A stretch of DNA of 63,947 nucleotides, counting the filler, from Rhabdomonas costata (Eukaryota): NCBI GenBank assembly GCA_019059605.1. It is 44 parts of 44 records of this genome, joined end to end, with 100 filler letters (N's around TTAATTAATTAA, not from the genome) between each part and the next. Parts side by side here need not be neighbours in the genome. Positions count along the whole stretch, not along the records: positions 1 to 1,356 come from JAHMHO010018360.1; positions 1,457 to 2,812 come from JAHMHO010018361.1; positions 2,913 to 4,268 come from JAHMHO010018362.1; positions 4,369 to 5,724 come from JAHMHO010018363.1; positions 5,825 to 7,178 come from JAHMHO010018364.1; positions 7,279 to 8,633 come from JAHMHO010018365.1; positions 8,734 to 10,088 come from JAHMHO010018366.1; positions 10,189 to 11,544 come from JAHMHO010018367.1; 36 more parts are not named here. One strand, given 5' to 3'. The notes under the pieces were generated by a model. The model was not told the DNA's origin. It saw only the letters and a program-made list of their open reading frames with translations, and did not search any database. Positions within the stretch are counted from its first letter, which is position 1; each line of letters begins with the position of its first letter. Both the position numbers and the translations under genes were made by a program. This document shows positions 1 through 12,451 of this stretch, in pieces.

Positions 1-155
1 TTGTGGTTTTTCTTGGTTGTGACCTTCCTTTTTGTGTAGTATCTGTCCTTTCGATTCTGTAGCGAGCTTCTGCAGAGGTGGAAGACACTTGGATTACATT
101 ATTCTCAGCACAGCACTACAAAGTAGCAGGGCTGTTGCGGGCAAAATTATCATAC

Positions 156-1226
156 CTCATCGAGCTGCGAGGTGTTGAACCGCAGCAAGACCCTGGAACT
201 CCCTTCCAGAAGACTGGCCGCGGCGTTGCTGAGAAGAGTGGGCTTTGTGTCCGCGAAGGCTACGCTGAAGCTGACTACTCCGGGGCTTGCGGGATACTTC
301 AGGTCTGCCGCGAACTCCGGGAAGTGAGCCACGGTGTAGGTGAAGTCCGCGTACCCCAGGCCCCACCCTGGGCCAGAGCTTTGGAAGGCCAGTCCGTAGG
401 CTTTGCTCTGCACCACGGTGCCAGGCTCGGTGATCGGTGCCAGCACGCGATCCCCTGCCGCTGACCAGGACGTCTGAAATAGGGTGCCTGAGTCCAGAAG
501 TGAGGTCCAGGGTGTCACGAGGGGAAGCGGGATGGGACCAAAGGTCGCAACAGGACCACTGAAGCCCAGAATAAGAGCCTGCTGAAGCGGCAGCTATATG
601 CGACAACCTAACAGCTGTGACACCCAGAGATAGAAGCCGATTCAAACTAAAACACCGAAGCACCTTTCTGTGAGTGCATTATCGTGTGAGATGTCAACCT
701 CCTCACGGCAAAACACCGTTCAGCGGGAGGGGGCCACGGAATGTAAACGCGAAGACTGGCAGGAGACGCCCGCGCTGACGAGCTTCCAATCACCACGCAG
801 CCAAGATGCAGGCTCGACGTGTGTGTCCTTCAGGGTGAACCAGTTCATGATGACAAAGGCGCTATGCCTTTCGGGCCCGGCGGATTAACGAAACACTAGC
901 TTTGCAGGTTTCAGTGACGATCAGCCCTATAAAATAAGCCCACCATTCCGGAAATGATTTGTACACTCACAACAGATTTGGAGACCGAGCGAAGAGCTCG
1001 AGCCGTCCTCACGGAGACAAACAGAGGAGGTTCGTATGCGCTCCATGGACAATTCGGCCCATATGCTTAGCACACCCTGCAGCGGCAGGGTGGCCACGGC
1101 GCAGGTCACGCTTTCGCCGTGTGTAGCGGACACCGGCAAGAAGAACTCCACGGGTTTCCCCACGGCGGACTTCACGGTGAGGTTGGCCGCCACAGCGGGC
1201 GCATTCCCACGCACCACAAAGCGCCC
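156..1226 (-). CDS. Partial cadherin-like / bacterial Ig-like repeat surface protein; exons 1226-1076 and 487-156
   Basis: Phase-1 GT-AG splice gives ...NAPAVAANLTVKSAVGKPVEFFLPVSATHGESVTCAVATLPLQ-G-TLFQTSW...GYADFTYTV...SPGVVSFSVAFADTKPTL, resembling the TLP..GTL / FTYTV pattern of cadherin-like and Big repeats. Confidence 0.6.
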
Positions 1227-1356
1227 CTGCGCGACACAGGCAGAGCCGGAGGAAAGGAGAACGCAGTGCCATCGGCTAAGCATTGAAAACTTTGGTTCAC
1301 GTGCCGTCGAGGGGCACATGTTTGCATCCACAACAAATCAACAAATGTTCAAAACC

Positions 1357-1456
1357 NNNNNNNNNNNNNNNNNNNNNNNNNNNNNNNNNNNNNNNNNNNN
1401 TTAATTAATTAANNNNNNNNNNNNNNNNNNNNNNNNNNNNNNNNNNNNNNNNNNNN
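1357..1456. other. Artificial contig linker N44-TTAATTAATTAA-N44 (first of 43; recurs every ~1455 nt, last at 62493-62592)
   Basis: Identical 100-nt spacer with stops in all six frames, splitting the window into 44 contigs of ~1355 nt. Confidence 0.99.
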
Positions 1457-1786
1457 GGGTTGGTGTTAGGGCCTTCATTGTGGTGATGTATTCTGGTGGT
1501 CAGGGGTTCATGACGTTGGGTTCGGAGTTCTGCCTTTGGGTTTCGAGGTCTCAGGGTTGGGGTTTGCCTTTGTGTCTGCGAGTCGAGGGGTTCATGCTTC
1601 GGGTATCGGGGTTGGGGGTTCAGGATGCCGTTTGGCGGAGGTGGTATTCGGGGTTCATGCGTGTGGTATTCGCTTTCTGGGTTCTGGTGTCGGGGTCAGG
1701 GTTCAGGGGTTCGGGGTTCAGGATGCCGTTTGGCGGAGGTGGTATTCGGGGTCAGGGGTTCGGTCTTCGGGGTTCAGCACTTAGGG
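1457..1786 (+). repeat. Degenerate telomere-like (GGGGTTCA/GGGTTCG) tract containing a 40-bp direct repeat (1615-1654 = 1713-1752), ending in TTAGGG
   Basis: Many GGGTTC(A/G) units; exact repeat GGGGTTCAGGATGCCGTTTGGCGGAGGTGGTATTCGGGGT. Confidence 0.7.
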
Positions 1787-2975
1787 AGCATACGAGCGTA
1801 GCGAGTATGCGACCAGCAAAGAAAAGGCCCCCGGGAGGGTAGGGGGTATCAGGTCCAGGTATCTTGCACCCCTGTCTATCCCTCCTGCACCCCCATCATC
1901 TTCGCATCTTTGACCCTCCTACCCTCAATTTCCCTCTGTCTTTTGAATGCAGGTCCACATTCACCCCAGCACCCATCCCACATCTCCTGCATCATGCCTC
2001 CAGGTACCCAGTTGGTGTCAGGGGGTCCATGGGTGCAGGAAGGACCACCAATGTCTACCATTATCCCGAAGTGATGGAGGTCTCAACCCCTCGGGTCAAT
2101 TTCTGTGTCGGTATTTAAGTTCGTTAGCCGGTAGGATATGTCATTAAAATGAGTTATTGGTCCGAGATGGTTTCTGGCGTTGGGGTTGGGCTTTGGCATT
2201 CAGGTTGGATGGGTCCATGGTTACATGATGCCAGGGAGGTCATCATGTGCGTTCGGTCTCGGGGTTGGTGCGGCTGCGGTGGCAACCAAACAGTCGCTTC
2301 AGCAGATGGGGCCTGGGGGGCTGTGCGGGCTTCGCGGCATGGGGCATGCTGTCAGGAGAGGGGAGCACAGCTCCGGGACGGGTTGAGGCGAGGAGTCCCG
2401 TAGCGAGACGCCTGAGAGGCCAAAACGTGTGCTGCCAGAGAAAAAAGCTGAGGCGGTGGCAAGGAACACGAGCGGATGATGAGTGATGCTGTGGTTCCGT
2501 TCATGCCATCGTGCTTCCGATCCCACTGGAAGGCAGTCATCTGGGCAGCAAAAAGAAGCGCAAGAGATAACGATCAAACCGAAAAGTGCGACATAGAGAG
2601 AAGTATGTACAGAGCACATCAATGAGACGTATTAACATATTAACAGCCGCTCATACCTTTTTTCGGGAGAGTCCGCCAAAGGCGATGGCAGCGGCTCCGC
2701 AACCACCGCGGAGTCCCCAATCACAACAGTGGTGCCAAAGCTGACGTGGCTCTCCTCGGTATGGCCGCTGCGGGACGGTGTGAGGGCGGACGAGGGGGCA
2801 CTCCCCCAAAACNNNNNNNNNNNNNNNNNNNNNNNNNNNNNNNNNNNNNNNNNNNNTTAATTAATTAANNNNNNNNNNNNNNNNNNNNNNNNNNNNNNNN
2901 NNNNNNNNNNNNAGAGTGATACTGCCCTCCCCTCCACCCCGGTCCCCCCCGAACCCTATTCGATTTCTCGGTTAA

Positions 2976-3924
2976 CCTGCGGAGGTTTCATTCGGGAGCC
3001 TCCCCCCTTCGCGGCTCGAATAAGGGTTGTGGGGTTTGAAACGGGCTAGAGCAACACTTTGCAAGAAGCACGGAACCTCTGACACATCAGAAGCCCCAAT
3101 GTCCTCCACAACAGCAGAAGGAAGGGGAGGTGATGGCGGCGGTGAGGGCGGCGGTGATGGTCGATCAGGTACGTCGCCCGCCACGGGGACATGCCCAGGC
3201 AGCACCTTTTCAAAGGTCACGGGGACATATATCGCGCGCACATGGAAAAAATTTCTTGCGCGGACCTGGTTGCGAATAACACCCAAACACAAAAAGAGAG
3301 AGGCGAAGGATCACCATACAATTCCATAGTCCTACCAAAAAAGACCAACTAATGATCCAATGAACCAATTAATGGGTAAGACCCACTGATGATCGAAAAT
3401 GGGAAAATCTGGTTAAAACCGAGCGCAGCGTCATGATGATCCTGAAATACGACAAGGCTGCGCTGTTAGAGCCAGTGAAGAGAAATACATCACATTCAGA
3501 AGGGGAGCAAGAGCTAACGCCAATGCCAACCAGCTTCTGCTCCGGACCTTCGTTGCCGTGGAAAGGAAAAAAGACACAGCGGCAAACCGGGCAACTGCTG
3601 GGCTCATCGGCATTGGCCTCCCACATCGACGGAAGAAGGGGGCTGCGTGGAGGGGCAGTCCAGCCGCCCATTGGGTCCTGAACATGCATAAACGAGAGGA
3701 AAACCTGTTCAGGGAACGGGGGGGGGGTTGGCTACAAATACGCACGCGCCACAGGGCAAAACCCAAAGCCTTACACTTGCGCAGCACCTCACCTGTGGGG
3801 CATCCACAAGGTCCGCAGCGGCCTCCAAAACCAGCGGAGCAGGATCGGCAGGGGGGCATGGTGGCAGTTCTGGTAATGGGGATTTCCGAGGTGAGGAAGG
3901 TGCAGCAGCAGAAACAAGGTCCAT
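2976..3924 (-). CDS. Partial multi-exon Pro-rich low-complexity protein containing an HNPY motif (3031-3020)
   Basis: GC-rich segments bounded by AG/GT, e.g. AAG|GTGCTG...CCGCAG|GTTAAC and CCACAG|GTGAGG; peptide ...PSPPPSPPPSPPLP...ARFKPHNPYSS; outer bounds approximate. Confidence 0.45.
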
Positions 3925-5061
3925 CTCCGGAAGAACCCTCTGAAACCGTTATACACATGGCCATTGAGCACAACGACAGACACACACAGAAATCAGTACT
4001 TGGAGGGTGGTTTTCTGGCTACGCCTGTTCGGCATCGGCCTCCCGTGCCTTCTTTTCACTCGGCTACTTATCTGTTGCACAGTCTTGAGGACCCTTTCGC
4101 AGCATCATTCAAAGCCAAAAACCACCGGGGATGTGATCGCAACACGGGATCGCTATGATCTCGCCATCACCAGCTGGACCCAATCGTAACCACAATGTTC
4201 TAAACAGCACAAGAGGCGAGCACAGCGGTTAATCCGCACGCGGAAGCGCAAACTCGCGACAAAAAACCNNNNNNNNNNNNNNNNNNNNNNNNNNNNNNNN
4301 NNNNNNNNNNNNTTAATTAATTAANNNNNNNNNNNNNNNNNNNNNNNNNNNNNNNNNNNNNNNNNNNNGGTGTGTGGTCAGCACGGGTTGGGTGTGTTGT
4401 TGTTTTTTTGCAATGCGAACGTTTGAGTGCGCCGAATGGGCTCAGCTAATTGTTTTGCTTTCCGATGAGTAGTGTTATTTATCAACAGCGACTGCATTTT
4501 CATGGAAAATGCAACTCTGTACTTCAATTTTTTTTTAATCTCTCTTTCCTCCTTTTTGTGGGGGGGTATTTCCGGTTTCCGACAGTGCTGTCGTTTCCCT
4601 TGGGGTATTCTCTGCAAACTGGGAGCGATGAGGCGTTGATAGCTGGATGGTCGCTTGCTTCTCTTGTGCCTAGAAAATGGTGAGCTGTCAATGGTTATTA
4701 TAACCATTGTCGCTAGTAATTGAAACTGAGTGAACAAGTTTTTCTTCACCCGAAGAGGGTTCTGTGCAATAGGGCTCTCGAAATGAGCTTTTTTCTTGAC
4801 GGTGTACGGTGTTTCGAAAGCTGTACCTCCGCACCGTATTTTGAATGTGCGGGTGAAAGAGGATGCCGTTGAAACAAGGTCAAAGCCATGCTGTGATTTT
4901 AACCACAGAGCACCGGCAAGCCATACATCAGATGAATTCTGTGTGGGGTGTTTGGGAAGGGGCGTGATTGAGGTTTATTTTCTTTTTGCAGCCCCCATCT
5001 ATTCACCGTCATCCCCCACTCCCACTACATACCTCAGCTTTCTCTCCTCACTCCCACAAGA

Positions 5062-5321
5062 ATGGACAGCGGTGACGAGCGGACCCTCCTGCAGCGGTTC
5101 AACAAGCGCCCCCGTAACACGGGGTGGTCGCCGCTGCGGCCCTTCCTGGTGACCTCCACCGTGGGGGTGCCCATCCTGGCCGGGGTGCTGCTGCCTCTGG
5201 CGCTGCAGTACCAGCTGGCGATGCGCCTGACGAAGCCCTTCCGGAAGCCTCAGAGCTTTCCCAGGATAGAGGTTCCCAAGGAGCTGCTCAGTCTCCCCGT
5301 GGTTCCGCCCAACCAGCGCAA
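5062..5321 (+). CDS. First coding exon of a protein with an N-terminal membrane anchor, function unknown
   Basis: ATG, high GC3, hydrophobic PFLVTSTVGVPILAGVLLPLAL, GT donor at 5322. Confidence 0.55.
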
Positions 5322-6159
5322 GTGTTTGTGTGTTTGGGGGGAGGGGTGAACGCGTTAGTAGTTGTGTCTCATTGGTTTGCTCTGTTTGAAGTGCTTGTGT
5401 TTCGGAAAAGAGTTGTCGCGTGCATCTGCCGTTGCAAACAAAACCCGACTTTTGCCTCACATTTGCCAGCATTGTGGTGAAGAGGCGTTGCCCATTCAAG
5501 CCCTCAAGGTATTGATGGTCTTCAAAAAGGGACACAGCAAAGGGATGTTTGTTGTGGCCCGGTTCACAGAAAGTGAGAATTTATCTCTTTGGTTCGATAG
5601 AAGACGTAAAAATAATGACTTTTTTATCCCAGTCTCTGCCGAAAGGGTCGGTTCACTCGCTTCAAACATGGAGCAGACATTTCTTATCGTGTTTACCCCA
5701 ACCCCACCCAACCACACCCAACACNNNNNNNNNNNNNNNNNNNNNNNNNNNNNNNNNNNNNNNNNNNNTTAATTAATTAANNNNNNNNNNNNNNNNNNNN
5801 NNNNNNNNNNNNNNNNNNNNNNNNGGGTGGGGTCCCTTTTTTTCATATTTCTGGCTCTTCAGCAAATGGATAGAGCCAAGATTTGCTCACTCCATTTGCT
5901 GAAGAGCCAGAAATATGAAAAAAAGGGACCCCACTCAGGCAGAGCACCCATTGACGAAAAAGTGTTTCAGAACCATATCCGCGATTTGGATGACATCAGT
6001 GCTTTAAGCACAATGGCGTCTTTCAAACGCTGGGCTGGGAGCATACGCGTTTCGGTTGGGCGCCTCACTACGAAAAGTGTAAGCTGTGATTGTTAATGTT
6101 AATGTGGAGCAACCTCCTGCTCCCTGTGGTGCTCCTCCAAAAAGGGTGACAGTGCGCAC

Positions 6160-6271
6160 AGCAGGAGCAGAGCGGTACGCCCGTCGGCGTCACGGAAGTT
6201 CACCCCAATCTTCCCGGCCTGAAGCGCGGCCAGGGCGCCGTAGAACTCCAGCTGCTGCTGCTTCGGCGTGG
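6160..6271 (-). CDS. Ankyrin-repeat protein exon
   Basis: TTCATTCTCAG acceptor, GTGCGC donor; ...GKIGVNFRDADGRTALLL matches the ankyrin VN.RD.DG.T.L pattern. Confidence 0.6.
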
Positions 6272-8733
6272 CTGAGAATGAAACGGAACCGTAGCAAAAG
6301 ACCCAATCGTCAACACCAGGGAATCACAGGCAGGACAGAGTCCACATCGGAGGAGACAGCCGGCGGGTGGTGGACGTGTTGGATTCAGTGAGGAGGTTGG
6401 GTGGGGAATGTGGGTGACCTTATTTGTTGTATAGTTCTTGTGTATGGACTGGGGACAGAAACCAACTGCGCCTGACGCTCTTCTCTGGTGCTGTCATGAG
6501 CAAGTTTATTTCGACGACGAAGACCCCCTTTGTAGCAATCATACAAAGCAATCATACACTTCAGAAACTGTACAACCAAAGAACCACACAGGACATTAAA
6601 GCACAGCAAGCAGAAGACGCCAGAAGGGGGCCCCAGCGGCAAACTCTGAGATTTGGAGGATAGTGGGTTTCTCTGATCGTGTTTTTTTCGGCCGCCCAAA
6701 AACGAAGGGGGTTAAGGGTCTAACCTGAGACTGAGGAGTGGTTCCTCAGAAACCCCACCATCTCCCGCCGCTCGAGCCGCCGCCTGGTGAGCTTCTCGGG
6801 GCCTTCCGGGGGCATCCCAAACCTGCGCTCCCCGCCCTCCCGCACCTCGCATCGAAGTAGCACATTAGTTAGGCACACAAAAGGAAGGAAGGAAAGAAAT
6901 GAGCAGCACTTCTACTTCTATTTCCATTTGACTTCCATTCTTGCTCTTCAATTATTTTTTTTCAAAAAGAAAAGGAATTGGCAAACGCGCGCATACGATC
7001 AGTGCCCAACAAAGAATCATACGCGCGAAAACACGGGAACTTCTGTGCTATAAACAGACAGCGAACCCTGAATTGGACACCACAACCCAATAAGAAATCG
7101 CAACCCCTTCCCCTCCCCCCCTCACTCCACTCCCACAAAAGGGCTGCGGGCTAGCACACACAAGGCTCGGGCTTCGAGNNNNNNNNNNNNNNNNNNNNNN
7201 NNNNNNNNNNNNNNNNNNNNNNTTAATTAATTAANNNNNNNNNNNNNNNNNNNNNNNNNNNNNNNNNNNNNNNNNNNNTTGTGGTTGGGCTGGATGTGAG
7301 GAGCTCTGTGATAAACTTAAACAGGAGGCAGATTCCCTTACGTAAATTTCTTATAGACAGTTACTTCCACACAGAGTCACAATGTCACACTTTTTATCAC
7401 CAACTAGTCCTAAGTATCATGATAGACCCACCTAATCTTTAGAGCTGCAAAAGAAGCAGATAAAAAGCCTCCTATAGCGTCCGATGTCCAGCATGCGGAG
7501 CACGGATGATACGCACTTACTTTCCATCAACGATACAGAAAAGGTTAATCTAATACACACATAGAAAGCACAATTTTTCTGTTAAACGTTTTTCCCACAA
7601 TCAGAGGAAAACATAGACTAGATAACTGTTACTGAAAATCACTGGTTGTGCAGTGTGTCGCAAACCACATGTTTCATTACAATTTGGTTCCAACTGTGAT
7701 GGTTTTATCTGAGCGCTTGTAATGTCCAGCTTCCAGTTGGAGTTCGTTTCAACAGTATTCCTTATTCATAGAGATATGTGATCTATTTTTAGTATTTGAT
7801 TTTCGCTGTCTCTGCAGTTTCTCTGCGAAGAGAACGGGGGAGCAGGCGCTGTTTATTCCCCCGTGCGTTGCGCGTTGGAGGGGTTTGGGCATGTGATACA
7901 GAGGTTCCATTGGGGGAGTTTATCTCAGTGGATGACTTTTGAGTTCCCATGTTCGGCTCTTCCCCCTCCCCATTTTTTTGCGCACGTTATGCGCACTTTG
8001 TTCATTGCTCACTCTTGTCTGGCGCCACTATGGGCCAGTCATGCCTGTTCTATGCGTAGCTAACGTTGCATTTTGCTTTCTCCTTGCATGGGCTCTTTTT
8101 GTGGGCTCCGAAACATTCACGCGATGCCACTGCCTTTCTTTGAGCACACCAGTTGCGCCGTGAAGCTTTTGACTGGTTTGGAAGGGGGAGGCCAATTGTT
8201 TCTTCGTCCGCTTCAACCCATTGTGTTGTTTTCGGGGCGAAATCGTTGCGGAGTTGATCCTCGAGCAACTTCACATAAACCACACCCATATCAGCAAAAT
8301 GACACGTTCACGGATTCAGGGGGTCAGGGCCTAGCCTCTGTTAAATAGAATGCCGCGTGTTCTAGGGTGTGTGGGGCAAGCAAAGTCTTCCCGTCTCAGT
8401 ATGACCAAAGGAGGTCAATATAGTGCCCTGGCAGGAGGCGTGGGAGCACTTCATATTTTGTTGCTTTTCAGTGCTAAAATATACAAACAACTGAGAAGGG
8501 AGAGCACAGAGCCGACCCGAAACGAGGAAGGATCCACCCCCAGAGGGGCACCTTGTCTGCTTGATGGATCGTTTCGCCCTGCTGTGAACGCGGCATTCTA
8601 TTTAACAGAGGCTAGGCCCTGACCCCCCAAACCNNNNNNNNNNNNNNNNNNNNNNNNNNNNNNNNNNNNNNNNNNNNTTAATTAATTAANNNNNNNNNNN
8701 NNNNNNNNNNNNNNNNNNNNNNNNNNNNNNNNN

Positions 8734-9912
8734 TGTGGGTGTGTTTGTTGCGGGTTGGGTGAAGACCCACCGACATCCTGCAAGCCCCGCGCTTTACGGG
8801 TGAGTGCAGTGGGCGTGCGTGCATTGCGTGTGTATGGCTTCCATGGCGGAGGCTAATGTGGCCCTCATATCACCTGGGGACCGGGTTTTCTGTTTCCCCA
8901 TTTCCCAGTTAGATCTTCTTCTTCTTTGCCCATTGTCTCTTGCCTTTGAGCACGGGTGATTTTCGTTCACATGTTGTGTTATTTCGGGTTGCTTGTGCCG
9001 AGATCTCGCGAGGCTTAGTTGAGGTGTGTGTGTAGTTGAGGTGAACTGCGCCGTATTTTGTGTTCAGGTGCTGGAGCTTGGCCCGACTTCGGGTGTACGA
9101 CGTACACATTAGCGTGCTGAACTCGAAGAAGGTCGTGGGGAACCGTTCGCTGATATATCTGAGCACTGCATCCGAAGGGTAGCGCGTAATCACACCACCT
9201 GCTTTCACAGTTGAAGTCCTGCCGGTGTGCCAACTTTCACAACACCTTTGTTCGCCCGTCGCAGGGTCAAAATGTCATAAAAACAAACAATGACCGTGGG
9301 CAAGTCCGCAATTGCAGTCATAAAACAAACCATTCGTGTCCACTTCCTCGGCAGCACAAGCGTACTGAGCAGTCCCGGTCGAAAGCAAAAGGTCCGAATA
9401 TCTTTGTGTGTCGTATGCGCTCCCAGCCACCGCGCAGCTCTGCAGACCTTCCTTCGTGCCCCGCGGCACCCCCCGGTGAGCGTCTTCCTGCTGTGCTGCA
9501 ACGACGAGCCGGTGTTCCCGCCATGGATGCTGGGTTGCCCTCTGGTGCTGCGGATCTTCGCGGCGCACGTCTCCGTTGCCCAGGCCCACCCCAAGCTGGT
9601 GACCATCCCGTTGGGCCAGAAGAAGGTGGTTGACGGATGCCTCTGCCTTTTTTTCTCAGGCGCTTTTTTTGGTGACCCCCTCCCTTGTTTTTGGGGCTCC
9701 TCCTGATTTCATCACAACTTCAGGAAAAAAGGCGACCGTCAAGTTCCGCGGATTGGTCTGGCTTTTTTGATTCCAGGAGTGGGTGTGGGGGTGCAGGAGT
9801 GGGTGGACGGCCTTCAAAGCGTGCGCAAGAGCGCCGCCTCAGGTAGGCCGCCCAAGGAGCTGATCTTCGCCAAGTTTGCGGTGAAACGTCCTCCACTCCG
9901 AGTGCAGCGCAG
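8734..9912 (+). CDS. Partial exostosin-like (GT47-related) glycosyltransferase; exons 8734-8799, 9427-9625, 9797-9912
   Basis: Phase-compatible GT-AG joins; ...LLCCNDEP...RIFAAHV...HPKLVTIPLG...KELIFAKFAVK...R resembles the W(F)AQN..HPKL.PIPIG..LLY.NF pattern. Confidence 0.5.
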
Positions 9913-12371
9913 GTACTGTAATAATCGTTACAGACAATGCTGCGAAAAACTCAGGCCACTGGCGTTTGCGCTTTATATAAATCTTTAAATCAGCTTTTAG
10001 CTGTATGCTTGTGGGTCCGAACAGACAACGCCCGTGTGGCGCACTGTTTGCTCTCCACGAGCTGCTAATCTAAAATTCGCAATGCAAGNNNNNNNNNNNN
10101 NNNNNNNNNNNNNNNNNNNNNNNNNNNNNNNNTTAATTAATTAANNNNNNNNNNNNNNNNNNNNNNNNNNNNNNNNNNNNNNNNNNNNGTTGTTTTTGCG
10201 ATTCCAGATTTGTGGTGTCCGAATTGTGGTTGTGTCGTAGAACCAACTGCCCTTCAATAGGCCAGTAAGGGAAGGAGGGGAAGACTCACGCAATATCAAT
10301 TCCTATAACTTAGATCTTTTTTACATGAAGTCTTCCACATCCCCAAGTTCTAATGTCTCATGTGGCGAAACGTCCCTCAAGCGCACCCTCAGCCCCGGGC
10401 CTGAAGGCGGCTGTTCGGGTGGGCCCACAAAGAGGGGACCACGACAGCAACAGGGAGGAAACCGCAGCTCCCACACATGCGCACACGGACCAAGCCCCGG
10501 CCACCACTTTCAGCGATAGGACAGCGCTCCTACCTCACGGCATCTCCGCCGAAGACCTGACTCATAGCCATCGAACGCATCGGGGGATGGCTACAGTTTC
10601 AGGCGACGAAGGGCGGCGACTTGCGGCGTTCCTGCAAACGATGCGGGGGTGGGGAGCCAGGCAGAGGGATTTTGCGGGAGACCGGTGACCATGTGTCTCC
10701 CACACAAAGAAAAGCAGAGCAATGAGGCTGAGAAAGGGAAACCAAAGCCACAGAAAGCAAAGTGGCAAAAGAGAAAGGTCACGGCCGGAGGCATGCCATT
10801 GATCCAGAGTGGCTCAGAATTGCGATCTCTCGCAATTCAGTCGTACCCCTTACCCATCCATGTGCAGATACCGAAGTTGCCAACCTCTGCACTCCGGTCC
10901 TGAAGGCGACGGCATCATCCCCGCACCAAAAGAGACGGTTCCGCTAGGTTTTCTCACGTTTCAAGGGGAAACCTACTGTACTTTGAGCCCCAACCCCTCT
11001 CTTCCACTAATACTTCGGACTCCGCGCGCGTTCGTCCACCACTTCCCCTTCCCCTTCACCTTCTCTTTCTGATCGCATTTTCGACCTAACTTTCCCCTGC
11101 AAAGCTGGGTGCCCCTACTTTTCATGGCAATATCGCACTCTAGGGATTTCACAGCCACAATTCGGACACCACAAATCTGGAATCGCAAATTAGCCCATGC
11201 GTCCTGCTTCATGCTCGCAGGAGTTCAACCCAAGCGGAAGCCCCCCCCTTCTAAAAGTTCCTTCGAAACACACAATCTCTCTCACGCGGTACACACGAAT
11301 AAAAAAAGCCAGCAACACTGGGCACTTCTGGAAACGGAGGGGGAATGGGACGAAGGAGGAGGGGTACACGAGTGGGTTGGAATGCGCTAAAAAGCACGAG
11401 AAACAAAATGTGCTAAAAAGCACGAGAAACAAAATGGCACGCAAACACGCAGAGTGCGTCGGCAAAACCCGGTCACTGACAACAGAATCAACAAAAATAA
11501 ACTACAAAAAGGGAGACAAAACAAAACCAACCACACCCACCACANNNNNNNNNNNNNNNNNNNNNNNNNNNNNNNNNNNNNNNNNNNNTTAATTAATTAA
11601 NNNNNNNNNNNNNNNNNNNNNNNNNNNNNNNNNNNNNNNNNNNNCCAACCTTGAAAACCTGAAAAGTATGCAATGAAAAATCTTTTTTCCCTTTTTATTT
11701 TTCATTTTTTTTTCATTTTGCTTAAACTCGGACAGGGCTTTCTTCCTTCTCCATTCAGCCAGTGTGACCGTCCTGCCCTCCTCGTCGTCCATCGACGCCG
11801 TAGTTACTTCTTCCTTCTCTTCCATTTTTCTCCCACCCTTCGCTCCGTCTTTTTCCTTCGGTGAAGTCAATTGAGAGATCCTATCTCTGAACGGAACCCG
11901 GGGAGGCAAAAAAAAAATACGAAGAAGGGGGGAGTGAAAGATTTATTGCAAAAGGTGTGTTTCTGACTTGGGTCACGGAGATGACCCCACAAGTTCACCA
12001 TCTGCCCCACGTGCTCCAGATGTCCATGTGCATTCCCTCGCCTTCCCTCAACACCCGACCACAAGGCGTAAAAAGTCGCAGAAACTGGGGGCACTTTCGT
12101 GTAAACAGCCCTTAACTGAGCTCTGCAAAAAAGTGGGGTTGATGAAGATTAGTTTCATACTTGGTTCTCTTCTGCGCTCTTGTGAGACTCGGCCAGCGTT
12201 TGTTTGCACCTTCCCTAATTTTACCTGTTTACCACCCGGTTTTCCTGTCAATCATCTCCTTATCCATCCTTGTTCCTGAAATCGGTGTGGCCCCTCCAGA
12301 AAAGGCACCCCAGCAAAAGGTGTGTGTGGCCGTTCAAAGCTCCCTGACCCCCTCACCCGACACCAATAAAG

Positions 12372-12451
12372 GTCATATTGTGCTGACCGATTTTGGGCTT
12401 TCCAAGATTCTCAAGGACGACCACACCCAGACCTTCTGCGGCACTCCAGAG
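12372..12451 (+). CDS. AGC-group Ser/Thr protein kinase exon (SGK/S6K/PKB-like activation segment)
   Basis: GHIVLTDFGLSKILKDDHTQTFCGTPE between AG and GTAATC. Confidence 0.92.

Noticed and set aside
1480-1842. GFRGSGFR-type ORFs
   Set aside because: Translation artefact of telomere-like repeats
10195-11189. ~40-bp inverted repeats ~950 bp apart (possible TIR element)
   Set aside because: One arm directly abuts the primer scar at the contig start, with no TSD or transposase; probably a chimera
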